IMG/VR virus record: IMGVR_UViG_3300026484_000248
Span: 1 to 34,710 of that record
Reading direction: 5' to 3' (one strand)
DNA from: a virus
Lineage: Duplodnaviria; Heunggongvirae; Uroviricota; Caudoviricetes
DNA: 34,710 nucleotides
Below the pieces are notes generated by a model. That model worked only from the letters and a program-made list of their open reading frames with translations. It was not told where the DNA came from and did not search any database. The position numbers and the translations under genes were made by a program. This document shows positions 1 through 7,590 of this stretch, piece by piece. The stretch's first letter is position 1. The number at the start of each line of letters is the position of its first letter.

Positions 1-703
1 CAGACTCTTGTAAAACAACATTAACCTCTAGAATTGCATCATCAATAGTTTCTCTAATGGTAGATTTCTTTCTAGTTTCTTGTAAATCTGCTTCATCGAG
101 TAAATATTGCATAAACATATCTCCTAGCCTCGTCTTACCCGTCCCAGGAATACCACTTAATAATAATATATTGCTATCACTTAACATAAATTGACTAAAC
201 ATCTCTTTAATGTCTATATAGGGATAATAATCCTCTGAATTCATTTTAAAGTCATCTTTAACTTTAAACATATCATTTGCTTTTATCTGTTTATCAGCTG
301 TTAAATAAAAGTTTGTAATATTTACGAATAAATCGCTATCTTTATCTTGAAATTGTTGGATAATATCAAAAACTAATTTGGCTTTCTCATAACTATTGAA
401 ATAGTAATTTATTAGTATTTTTTTCTTAGTTTCGTAACTATCAAAAGTAATAAAATTATCCGGCGATTCAAGTACCGAAAAATTGTGAAAAATAGTTATA
501 GGGAAATCTGTTTGCGTAATATTTAAATCTATTTCTTTGATTTTTCTTTGTACTTCTTCTAAATCTTTGTATTTAATTTTTAAATCCGTAAATGCAAGCT
601 TGTATTTACCAAGTACATAGGCTGAGAAGCCTGCATCCTGGTCACTTGTATAGGAATCTTTGACTACATTTATCATAGTCTGAGTTTTTCTGTCTAATGA
701 CAT
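1..703 (-). CDS. AAA+ family ATPase, 3'-partial (runs off window start; not in ORF track)
   Basis: ATG at 703 preceded by AAAGGA. Translation begins MSLDRKTQTMINVVKDS and contains a Walker A motif in the same frame, NILLLSGIPGTGKTRLG (~125-172). Confidence 0.75.
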   Translation of the reverse strand, partial: MSLDRKTQTMINVVKDSYTSDQDAGFSAYVLGKYKLAFTDLKIKYKDLEEVQRKIKEIDLNITQTDFPITIFHNFSVLESPDNFITFDSYETKKKILINYYFNSYEKAKLVFDIIQQFQDKDSDLFVNITNFYLTADKQIKANDMFKVKDDFKMNSEDYYPYIDIKEMFSQFMLSDSNILLLSGIPGTGKTRLGDMFMQYLLDEADLQETRKKSTIRETIDDAILEVNVVLQES

Positions 704-730
704 TTTTTTCCTTTATTTTTATTATAGAGT

Positions 731-752
731 ATTATAACAAGTTTTTTCTTAA
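731..752 (-). promoter_or_regulatory. TTAAG-N11-TATAAT promoter (host sigma70-type)
   Basis: Minus strand TTAAG-AAAAAACTTGT-TATAAT upstream of the ATPase. The TAA is also the stop codon of the upstream ORF. Confidence 0.7.
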
Positions 753-1123
753 TTTTTAAACCAACTATCACCAATATTATTAACCTCTGTTGGTTGTTTT
801 TCATTTTGAATTTTATTTAATTCTTTTATTTTAAGATTAAATAAATTTAATCTTTTAAGAAGCAAATTATATTTAATTCTTAATTCTTTTGTATTTCTTA
901 TAAAACCCATCATATCATTTTTTTCCGTAACCAGGTAATTTACTGTGGTACCATTCACATCTTCAGATTCAACCCACATATCTATTTTATATTTTTGTGA
1001 TAATTGAAAATCATTAGTAGGAAAAGTGGGATAATACGAATTTTGAGGGACAAGAATAAGGTTTTTATCTGCACATCCATTAAACATTATTAAAAATGCT
1101 GTTATAAGTATTATTTTGTTCAT
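749..1123 (-). CDS. Lipoprotein, candidate o-spanin
   Basis: MNKIILITAFLIMFNG-C: basic N-terminus, hydrophobic stretch, lipobox-like Cys17. Directly follows a TM + coiled-coil gene. Confidence 0.55.
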   Translation of the reverse strand: MNKIILITAFLIMFNGCADKNLILVPQNSYYPTFPTNDFQLSQKYKIDMWVESEDVNGTTVNYLVTEKNDMMGFIRNTKELRIKYNLLLKRLNLFNLKIKELNKIQNEKQPTEVNNIGDSWFKN

Positions 1124-1124
1124 A

Positions 1125-1493
1125 TTATACTTCTATTTCAAAAGATTTACTCCTAGTTCTACCTTGAACTTTGGCTTTCTTTTTAACTTCCTTTTCAATA
1201 TTATCTTCAATTACTTCCATTTCTTTCTGTACCCTCTCCGATTCTTTTTTTAATTCTCTAAGAATTTCAACCCTTGCTGTTGTTTCAACTTCTACTGCTT
1301 TGGCTTTTGCCTTAGCCTTTGTTTTTGCCACTACAACATTTGTCTTTGCTATTTTTGTTTCAATAGTTTTAAGTTTATCTTCTGCTTGATATGCTTCATA
1401 TTTAAGCCTGGCAACATAAAGTGATATAAAAATTGCACCTGCTGCCATAACCATATTTTTTATGTTTCCAAAAATACCCAACAAAAAGTTCAT
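1125..1493 (-). CDS. N-terminal membrane anchor + coiled-coil protein, candidate i-spanin
   Basis: Hydrophobic N-terminus (VMAAGAIFISLYVA) followed by a long K/E/A-rich helical region. Confidence 0.5.
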   Translation of the reverse strand: MNFLLGIFGNIKNMVMAAGAIFISLYVARLKYEAYQAEDKLKTIETKIAKTNVVVAKTKAKAKAKAVEVETTARVEILRELKKESERVQKEMEVIEDNIEKEVKKKAKVQGRTRSKSFEIEV

Positions 1494-1747
1494 TATAAAC
1501 CTCTTCTTTTCATTTCTTTTTCAATTCCTGCTTGTTGAAATAATTTAGTATAATCACCAAATCTTCCAGTATTTCCTCTACTCCAGGCTATTAAAGTTTT
1601 ATCATCTAATTTATGAATTTGAGTTAGCAATTCTTTTTTTGTTCTATTATCGCTATCAATTTTCTTCATAAAATCTAATAATACACTATCTACTTTATCC
1701 ATAAAACTTTCTTCAAGTTGTACCACTATTTCTCTAAATGTTTTCAT
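1493..1747 (-). CDS. Small hypothetical protein (possible capsid-internal protein)
   Basis: 84 aa, tightly packed between neighbours. N-terminus MKTFREIVVQLEE resembles T4 internal-protein capsid-targeting leaders. Confidence 0.6.
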   Translation of the reverse strand: MKTFREIVVQLEESFMDKVDSVLLDFMKKIDSDNRTKKELLTQIHKLDDKTLIAWSRGNTGRFGDYTKLFQQAGIEKEMKRRGL

Positions 1748-2038
1748 TTAATTTTTCTCCATTTCGTTTATCTTCTTCATCATCATCTCTGCTGCTTTAT
1801 CACCAAGTTCAGTAGACTTCTTACTACTTGTTCCTGTGAAAAATCCATAAACACTAGCAATTAATCCTGTGAATATCATAAATAATGTAACAACTTGTTC
1901 TGTAATTGGTATAGCCCAAATTATTGAACCAGTGAAAAGTAATAAAACAATTAATAAGTAAATAAATATAGTACTTAATAAAACTAATTTTCTCGTTCGA
2001 GATGTGTTGGCTTCAAGCCAATCAAAAAATTTAACCAT
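1748..2038 (-). CDS. Two-TMD membrane protein, candidate class II holin
   Basis: 96 aa with two hydrophobic helices (LVLLSTIFIYLLIVLLLFTGSIIW; VVTLFMIFTGLIASVYGFF) and a charged C-tail. Strong SD GGAGG and a late promoter upstream. Confidence 0.5.
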   Translation of the reverse strand: MVKFFDWLEANTSRTRKLVLLSTIFIYLLIVLLLFTGSIIWAIPITEQVVTLFMIFTGLIASVYGFFTGTSSKKSTELGDKAAEMMMKKINEMEKN

Positions 2039-2058
2039 AAAAAGTCCTCCTTTATGGT

Positions 2059-2066
2059 TATTTATA
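2059..2066 (-). promoter_or_regulatory. T4-type late promoter TATAAATA
   Basis: Exact TATAAATA 20 nt upstream of the holin-like ATG. Confidence 0.7.
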
Positions 2067-2068
2067 AA

Positions 2069-3235
2069 TTAGAGAAAGGCTGGAGGTTGTGCCATCATCA
2101 TTTCAACAGCAAAAGCTGCGGCACAAATTGCTTTATCTCTAGCAAGACTATGCATATCCTGATATTTAGCACATTGTAAAACTACCTGAGGGATGGAATC
2201 TTGTTTAAACCACTCATCTAAATTTTTAAAAACATAAGTGTAAAGCGAACCTGGGTCGTCTAAGTCTTGTAATTGTTTTCTTACATTAACAAAATCTTTT
2301 GCCTTAATTCCTTCTAAAATAGTTGTAAACTTTCCGCTCAAGTTAATCATAGAAACATCAAGATTTAATTTGTTGTCGTCTATACTTTGTTGGAGTACTA
2401 ATACCATTTTTCTAACTGATGGATACATATTTGAAACAACCGGACCTAAGTCTGCTTTGTTAAATTCCACTCCCTCATTTTCTAGAATAAATTGAAGTCT
2501 TTCAAATATTTGTGTTGCCACATCTTTTTTATTCTGATTATAAAGATTATCAAAATCAAAATGAATAAATCTGTTTCTCAAAGGCTCAATTAATTGCTCT
2601 TTATAATTACAAGTTAAAATAAATGTACTATCTTTTGAAAATTCCTCTATTTTGCCCCTTAGAATTTTTTGTGCTTCTGGAGTTAATCCATCTGCTTCAT
2701 CAATTACTACCAATTTAGGTGAGTCGTCTAACGATACACTAGACACAAAATCAGTAACTTTATTTCTGATGATATTAATTCCATTATCACCTGAACCATT
2801 AATCCACAGAACATCTGCATCCATTTCTTTAATAATTGAATTAACTATTGAAGTATTATGATGTATTACGCCATTTGGTGTTATATATAAATGAGGGTTA
2901 TCTATACTAATATCATAAACATAATCCTTTTTTATGAAAGTTGAATTGGTTTTGGTTATAGACTCATTAATAGTATCAATAACTTTACAATCTTTTGCTT
3001 TTTTTGTTGTACCGTTCTCTTGAAATAAATGTTCTGATGAACATTTAATACTTATTCCATTAGAAAATTCGTATTCGTAAATATCTTTGGGTGACTTTTT
3101 AATGAAACCTCTAATTTTTGTTAATTCACCAGAAGGCGTTTTAATATATATGCTATTTCTTTCAACAACTTTATCTACGGTTGAAATGTTTAATTTTTTA
3201 AATAAATCGCCTATTTTAATTTTAATCTTTTTCAT
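2069..3235 (-). CDS. gp44: Split clamp-loader subunit, C-half: 127-aa IntC fused to gp44 C-extein
   Basis: Intein block B (SIKCSSEHLF), block F (YVYDISID..HLY) and block G (GVIHHN|T), followed by RFC/gp44 motifs VVIDEADGLT (Walker B) and FILTCN, and LRNRF. Confidence 0.9.
   Translation of the reverse strand: MKKIKIKIGDLFKKLNISTVDKVVERNSIYIKTPSGELTKIRGFIKKSPKDIYEYEFSNGISIKCSSEHLFQENGTTKKAKDCKVIDTINESITKTNSTFIKKDYVYDISIDNPHLYITPNGVIHHNTSIVNSIIKEMDADVLWINGSGDNGINIIRNKVTDFVSSVSLDDSPKLVVIDEADGLTPEAQKILRGKIEEFSKDSTFILTCNYKEQLIEPLRNRFIHFDFDNLYNQNKKDVATQIFERLQFILENEGVEFNKADLGPVVSNMYPSVRKMVLVLQQSIDDNKLNLDVSMINLSGKFTTILEGIKAKDFVNVRKQLQDLDDPGSLYTYVFKNLDEWFKQDSIPQVVLQCAKYQDMHSLARDKAICAAAFAVEMMMAQPPAFL
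2855..3235 (-). mobile_element. C-terminal fragment (IntC, 127 aa) of an atypically split mini-intein
   Basis: Ends His-His-Asn with Thr at +1. Contains the block B His and has no endonuclease domain. Confidence 0.85.
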
Positions 3236-3257
3236 TATTATCCTTTATTTTGCTTCT

Positions 3258-3279
3258 TCTATAATACAGCCCTGCTTAA
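3258..3279 (-). promoter_or_regulatory. Degenerate TTAAG-N11-TATAga promoter in the 46-bp spacer between the gp44 halves
   Basis: TTAAG-CAGGGCTGTAT-TATAGA, followed by SD AAAGGA and the IntC ATG. Confidence 0.4.
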
Positions 3280-3281
3280 TG

Positions 3282-3515
3282 TTACTTCAAAAGTTCGTAC
3301 ATTTCTTCAGATACATATAATTCTAACTCTTCATCATAATCTAAACACTTTCCTAGACCTGGATTTGTACTTGATAACAAAATATGAGGAAATCTTTCAT
3401 CTTTTACATATTTTTTAAATTTCTCTCTTGCACTTGTTGGCAATATTACATCATCAATACATTGTGGCCTATATTTCTCACTCCAAATAAAATGTGACTC
3501 ATCTACTAATTTCAT
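3282..3515 (-). CDS. gp44: Split clamp-loader subunit, N-half: gp44 N-extein (56 aa) fused to 21-aa IntN
   Basis: WSEKYRPQCIDDVILP matches the RFC/gp44 N-terminus. The Walker A PGLGK is followed by intein block A CLDYDEEL. Confidence 0.9.
   Translation of the reverse strand: MKLVDESHFIWSEKYRPQCIDDVILPTSAREKFKKYVKDERFPHILLSSTNPGLGKCLDYDEELELYVSEEMYELLK
3285..3347 (-). mobile_element. N-terminal fragment (IntN, 21 aa) of the split intein
   Basis: CLDYDEELELYVSEEMYELLK begins with Cys1 immediately after GK of the P-loop. Confidence 0.8.
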
Positions 3516-3543
3516 TTCGTTCCTTTTAATTTATTATACTATA

Positions 3544-3565
3544 ATTATAGTATAAAAATACTTAA
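3544..3565 (-). promoter_or_regulatory. TTAAG-N11-TATAAT promoter for gp44-N
   Basis: TTAAG-TATTTTTATAC-TATAAT, embedded in the last codons of the upstream endonuclease gene. Confidence 0.65.
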
Positions 3566-4492
3566 TATATTTTCTCTAATGTCTTCAGAAAATATTTCAG
3601 TATTACCATGGTTAATAACTTTGCTGCCAGCGTACTTAACCGCACTATTGTTTTGTAAAATTTCCTGCTCCTGATAATATGCTTCAGCTCCATTTGAATA
3701 AACTTTACTATATATAACTTCATAATTATCTGCTCCAAATCTACGCTTCAGAGATGAAATGACATCTCCCCTAAACAAAGTAACCCCTATTTTCCATAAT
3801 CCTACTATTTTGATATAGTAGAGTATAGTTTTTTTACCCATATAAAACTTAGCTGTATGGAATCCTCCAGAGCATTCGTAACAATGAATTCCTCTAAGAA
3901 CATCATACGGTTTTATTTTCCATTCCTCTCCGCAAGAACATAGATGTAAAGACTTTAAATCTCTTCCTAACATGCATTCTAAAGGTACTACATCTATAGA
4001 ACGCTCTTTAATTTCTTTTAGATATATTAAATGTTCTGCTTTTAAGTGCTTCCTTTTAGAGCAGATTCTACAGTTTATACCTTTACCCTTTCTATATGTG
4101 GTAATTGCTTTAGGGCTTATATTTTCAGTATTGCCACAAAATCTACATCTATGTTTAATGGCAGTTCCAAAAGAGATATAACTTTCTAAGGCTTCCCAAT
4201 ATTCAGATCTTTTACATTTTTCTTTATATTCTCTTATTGCATTTTCTTTATTTGGTCTTTTAGCTTTAGCCTGTTTTTCTTTATTTTGTTTGCTTAAACA
4301 GTTTTTACTACAGCATGTATCCCTAAAACCCTTAGATAGAGAAATAAATTTGGGTGTTTTATTGCAGTATTTGCATTTGGGCTCTTCTAAATCATTAAGT
4401 ATAAGATAAATCCTATACACCTCTATATTAAGATTAGGTTTCAGTCTCCCTGCTTTAGTTAAATAATTTTCTTTTATGAATTCTTTAGTCAT
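3545..4492 (-). CDS. Putative free-standing homing endonuclease: CxxC zinc modules + C-terminal GIY-YIG-like (T5orf172-type) domain
   Basis: Several CxxC pairs (CKYC, CRFC, CRIC, CSCG, CYEC). The C-terminus reads ILYYIKIVGLWKIGVT..KRRF..AYYQEQEIL. Confidence 0.65.
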   Translation of the reverse strand: MTKEFIKENYLTKAGRLKPNLNIEVYRIYLILNDLEEPKCKYCNKTPKFISLSKGFRDTCCSKNCLSKQNKEKQAKAKRPNKENAIREYKEKCKRSEYWEALESYISFGTAIKHRCRFCGNTENISPKAITTYRKGKGINCRICSKRKHLKAEHLIYLKEIKERSIDVVPLECMLGRDLKSLHLCSCGEEWKIKPYDVLRGIHCYECSGGFHTAKFYMGKKTILYYIKIVGLWKIGVTLFRGDVISSLKRRFGADNYEVIYSKVYSNGAEAYYQEQEILQNNSAVKYAGSKVINHGNTEIFSEDIRENILSIFIL

Positions 4493-4529
4493 GATTTAAT
4501 CCTATAGTTAAAATTATAAGAGCGTAAGG

Positions 4530-4549
4530 TGTGGGATAGCAGTCCCACA
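4530..4549. promoter_or_regulatory. GC-rich hairpin upstream of the endonuclease gene
   Basis: TGTGGGA-TAGCAG-TCCCACA, a 7-bp perfect stem in an AT-rich intergenic region. Confidence 0.5.
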
Positions 4550-4612
4550 TTATATATTTTTCAAGTACCACTAAGAGTAGATAACTTATCTATAATGTTG
4601 TTTATAAGCAGT

Positions 4613-5194
4613 TTAAATAGCTATTCGTTCTAGCATTAAACTTTTAATTAATTCTCTTGACTGCTCTGAAAATGAAACATATAATAACAATTTCTCTATT
4701 TTCTGTATTAGTATTTTATTAATTCTACTTTTACTAAGCTCTTCTAAAGATGCTTTGGGATCACTTGATGCCTCCAAATAAAAATAAAATGTAAACCATT
4801 TAATATTATTATTTCTGTACTCGTTGACCATATAGTCCAAATCTACTTTTGACTCCTCACTATTAATTCTGTCTATATCCTCTTTAAGAAATTTTCTATA
4901 ATTAATAATTTCATTTTTAAACTGAATAACTTTTTTGTCGTCTAAGTCTGTTAGTTTTTCAATAGCACCTACTAAAGAAGAAGGACCTTCTTTAAAGTTT
5001 ACATAAAGATTAGAAAGAATAAAATTTTCTCTGGTTTTTAACTTAAACTTAGCCGATGGAAAAATATATGACATTTGTTCCATTTTTTTAATACTATGTT
5101 TAACAGCAAAGCTCCGTTTATTAGACTCTTTATTGTGAAAAGTGGTAAAAATGCCAGCGCACATCTGATACATATCCTTAAAGCTGATACTCAT
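4613..5194 (-). CDS. gp59: Helicase loader gp59-like protein
   Basis: Segments FILSNL, FLKEDIDRI and NNIKWFTF resemble T4 gp59. Adjacent to a gp33-like gene, as in T4. Confidence 0.55.
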   Translation of the reverse strand: MSISFKDMYQMCAGIFTTFHNKESNKRSFAVKHSIKKMEQMSYIFPSAKFKLKTRENFILSNLYVNFKEGPSSLVGAIEKLTDLDDKKVIQFKNEIINYRKFLKEDIDRINSEESKVDLDYMVNEYRNNNIKWFTFYFYLEASSDPKASLEELSKSRINKILIQKIEKLLLYVSFSEQSRELIKSLMLERIAI

Positions 5195-5476
5195 CTACCA
5201 CTCCTCGTCTAACATCTCTATTTCATCAAATAAGTCGTTTTCCATTCTGAAATACCCATCTTTTGCTAAAGTTTTCCTAAATATTGAAGAAAAATCTTTA
5301 TTATCAGCAATAGTATTACCTATTTCTTGTAATGGTATATCTGTATAATGACTATATTCTATAATAGTTTCCAAGAAAGAGAGATCTTGAGCTCTTTCTT
5401 TTTTAAATTTAAAAATATCTTCTATTAACATCGTTGCCTTATGATAAAGTACTGCGTCGCTTTCTATTTTGTTCAT
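5195..5476 (-). CDS. gp33: Late-transcription co-activator gp33-like protein
   Basis: LSFLETIIEYSHYTDIPLQEI resembles the gp33 core. 93 aa, acidic C-tail, next to gp59. Confidence 0.55.
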   Translation of the reverse strand: MNKIESDAVLYHKATMLIEDIFKFKKERAQDLSFLETIIEYSHYTDIPLQEIGNTIADNKDFSSIFRKTLAKDGYFRMENDLFDEIEMLDEEW

Positions 5477-5498
5477 TTACATCCTTTACTGTTACTAT

Positions 5499-5520
5499 AT
5501 TATACAGTAGGGGAACTTAA
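5499..5520 (-). promoter_or_regulatory. TTAAG-N11-TATAAT promoter
   Basis: TTAAG-TTCCCCTACTG-TATAAT upstream of the gp33-like gene. Confidence 0.7.
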
Positions 5521-7590
5521 TTAAAGTTCTTCTACCGTTAATTTACTATATTTATCAATATCTATATGTATAAGCCTATCGAATAATTCTACCTTTTCTT
5601 TTATTTCGGGATTGTGTGAAATAATAATTATATTTTTAGTATTACTAAATTCACTTTTGAGTATCCCTAAAAGTTCTTCCCTACCTGATGCATCTACTGA
5701 GCTATCCAATATCTCATCCAGAACAAGTAAATTAGTTTTTACTCCGTTTCGTTCTTCAATTAATTTTAAGAAACTAAACATAATACTAAAGGAAATCCTA
5801 CTTTTTTGGCCATTACTTAAAGAGTTGAATTCACTATCGTCGTTTCTATTAATTAATCTTTCTTTAAAGTTTTCATCTATAATAAAACTATATTCTAATA
5901 AGCTAAATAATTCTAAGAAGTGATTAATCCCTTTATTTAAAAAAGGTATTTGTTTTTTAATAACAGCACCTTTCAAGTTATTTCCGTCTATAATTGTATC
6001 TAGATATAACAAATCATCTTTAATTTTTAATGACTTTTTAAGGTTTATTAGTAAAGCTTTCATTAAAGCTTGTTTTTCCTTATAAGAGTCATAATTTATT
6101 ATTATAGCTTTTATACTTTGTAATTCTAATAATTTATTTTTATAATATGCTAAATTATTTTCCTGTTCTGTAAGAGTTTCTTTTACCCTTTTCCCATTAA
6201 GTAATTTCTCTTTTAATTTATCTGCGTTAGTTTTGATGACTTGAATCTCTTTTTCTAACGGCACAAGTGTTTCTTGTAAAACCTGGGTTTGTTTGATAAC
6301 ATCTTCGTCTAATAATTGTTTTTTGGCATCTATACTATTTTTATTAATTTGTATACTTTCTTGTACAGTTGTCTTATATTCTTTTAAAGCAATTTCCAAT
6401 TTCTTAACTAAAGAAGTATTAAGATTAATTTTTGTTTTAATGTCTTTTATCAAAGATAGATATTCTTCTTTTTTATGTACTTCGTTATCACAAATTTCAG
6501 TTAAATAATTCGTGGTTTTGCAAGATACGCAAACTATAGAGTTTTTTTCTGCTGCTTCTATTATTTTAACTTTGTTGTCTAAATCCATTTTTTCAGAAGC
6601 TAAAGTTTGATTTTTTTGTTTAATTTCTTGTATTTGTGTTTCTTTAGTTTGTAGATAAAGAATATCATTTTCAGATATAGTACATTCTGAGATTAACTCC
6701 TGATATTTTTTCATATTTTTCTCTTGGATTTTCTGTATTTTTCTAGCATTTTCGCTTCGTTTTTTGTCCAAGTTGATAGTTAAATTACTAATATCTGCTT
6801 GTAGTTCATCATATTCTACTTTTAGAACCTTAAGTTTTTCTAAAGCGTCCTTATACTTCTGAATTGTTTCAGTTGTATTTGCTATATTTTCTTTAGTTAC
6901 TTTTAAATTTTCCTCGTGATGAGCCTTAAAATCGTCATTTTGTTTCTCCGCTTGCTCTATCATCAACTTTTCACTATCAATAGAAGATTTTAAAATATCT
7001 CGTTTGTATTCTAGTTCTTTTAATTCTTGCTTTATATCTGATGTTCTAACTTTAATGGCGGATTTAAGATGCCCAAATATACTGGTATCTGTAAGTACCT
7101 GAAATAAAGATTCTTTCTCACTTTGAGACAATTCCATAAAAGGCTTAGAACTTGGTAAATTAGACGATATAGCGACTAGTTGCCTAAAAATAGTTTCGTT
7201 GATACATAAAATTTCTTCTTCCAAGAATTTTTGGTAGTCTTTTGTGGCTGCTCGTTGTTCTATGAGTTCCCAACTTTGCCCTTCTTTTTTATAGATTTCA
7301 AATTTAGCTGGTTTTTGTCCTCTCAAGACTTTATAACTTAAATCGTCGATATTAAATATAACTTCTGTTTCTAATCTTTTTTTGATAATTCTATTTATTA
7401 AAGAACCTGTCTTTATTTTTCTAAAAGGCTTACCAAAAAGATTAAAAAATAAAACATCAACCATTGTCGATTTGCCCGTCCCATTTAAACCTATTGATAA
7501 GTCCATACCATTTTCTATATTTATGGTAGTATACTCATCTCCATAACTTAGAAAGTTTTTCCACTTTATAATTTTAATTTCTATATTCAT
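5521..7590 (-). CDS. gp46: Recombination endonuclease ATPase subunit (Rad50/SbcC-like)
   Basis: Walker A GLNGTGKST, long coiled coil with CVSC hook, signature LSNGQK, Walker B LLVLDEILD and H-loop ISH. Confidence 0.93.
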   Translation of the reverse strand: MNIEIKIIKWKNFLSYGDEYTTINIENGMDLSIGLNGTGKSTMVDVLFFNLFGKPFRKIKTGSLINRIIKKRLETEVIFNIDDLSYKVLRGQKPAKFEIYKKEGQSWELIEQRAATKDYQKFLEEEILCINETIFRQLVAISSNLPSSKPFMELSQSEKESLFQVLTDTSIFGHLKSAIKVRTSDIKQELKELEYKRDILKSSIDSEKLMIEQAEKQNDDFKAHHEENLKVTKENIANTTETIQKYKDALEKLKVLKVEYDELQADISNLTINLDKKRSENARKIQKIQEKNMKKYQELISECTISENDILYLQTKETQIQEIKQKNQTLASEKMDLDNKVKIIEAAEKNSIVCVSCKTTNYLTEICDNEVHKKEEYLSLIKDIKTKINLNTSLVKKLEIALKEYKTTVQESIQINKNSIDAKKQLLDEDVIKQTQVLQETLVPLEKEIQVIKTNADKLKEKLLNGKRVKETLTEQENNLAYYKNKLLELQSIKAIIINYDSYKEKQALMKALLINLKKSLKIKDDLLYLDTIIDGNNLKGAVIKKQIPFLNKGINHFLELFSLLEYSFIIDENFKERLINRNDDSEFNSLSNGQKSRISFSIMFSFLKLIEERNGVKTNLLVLDEILDSSVDASGREELLGILKSEFSNTKNIIIISHNPEIKEKVELFDRLIHIDIDKYSKLTVEEL

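Noticed and set aside
3236-3281. The gp44 split as a sequencing frameshift in a contiguous intein
   Set aside because: The IntN frame ends in TAA with another TAA two codons later. The IntC frame has an in-frame TAA just upstream of its ATG. The spacer carries its own SD. A single indel cannot fuse the two halves.
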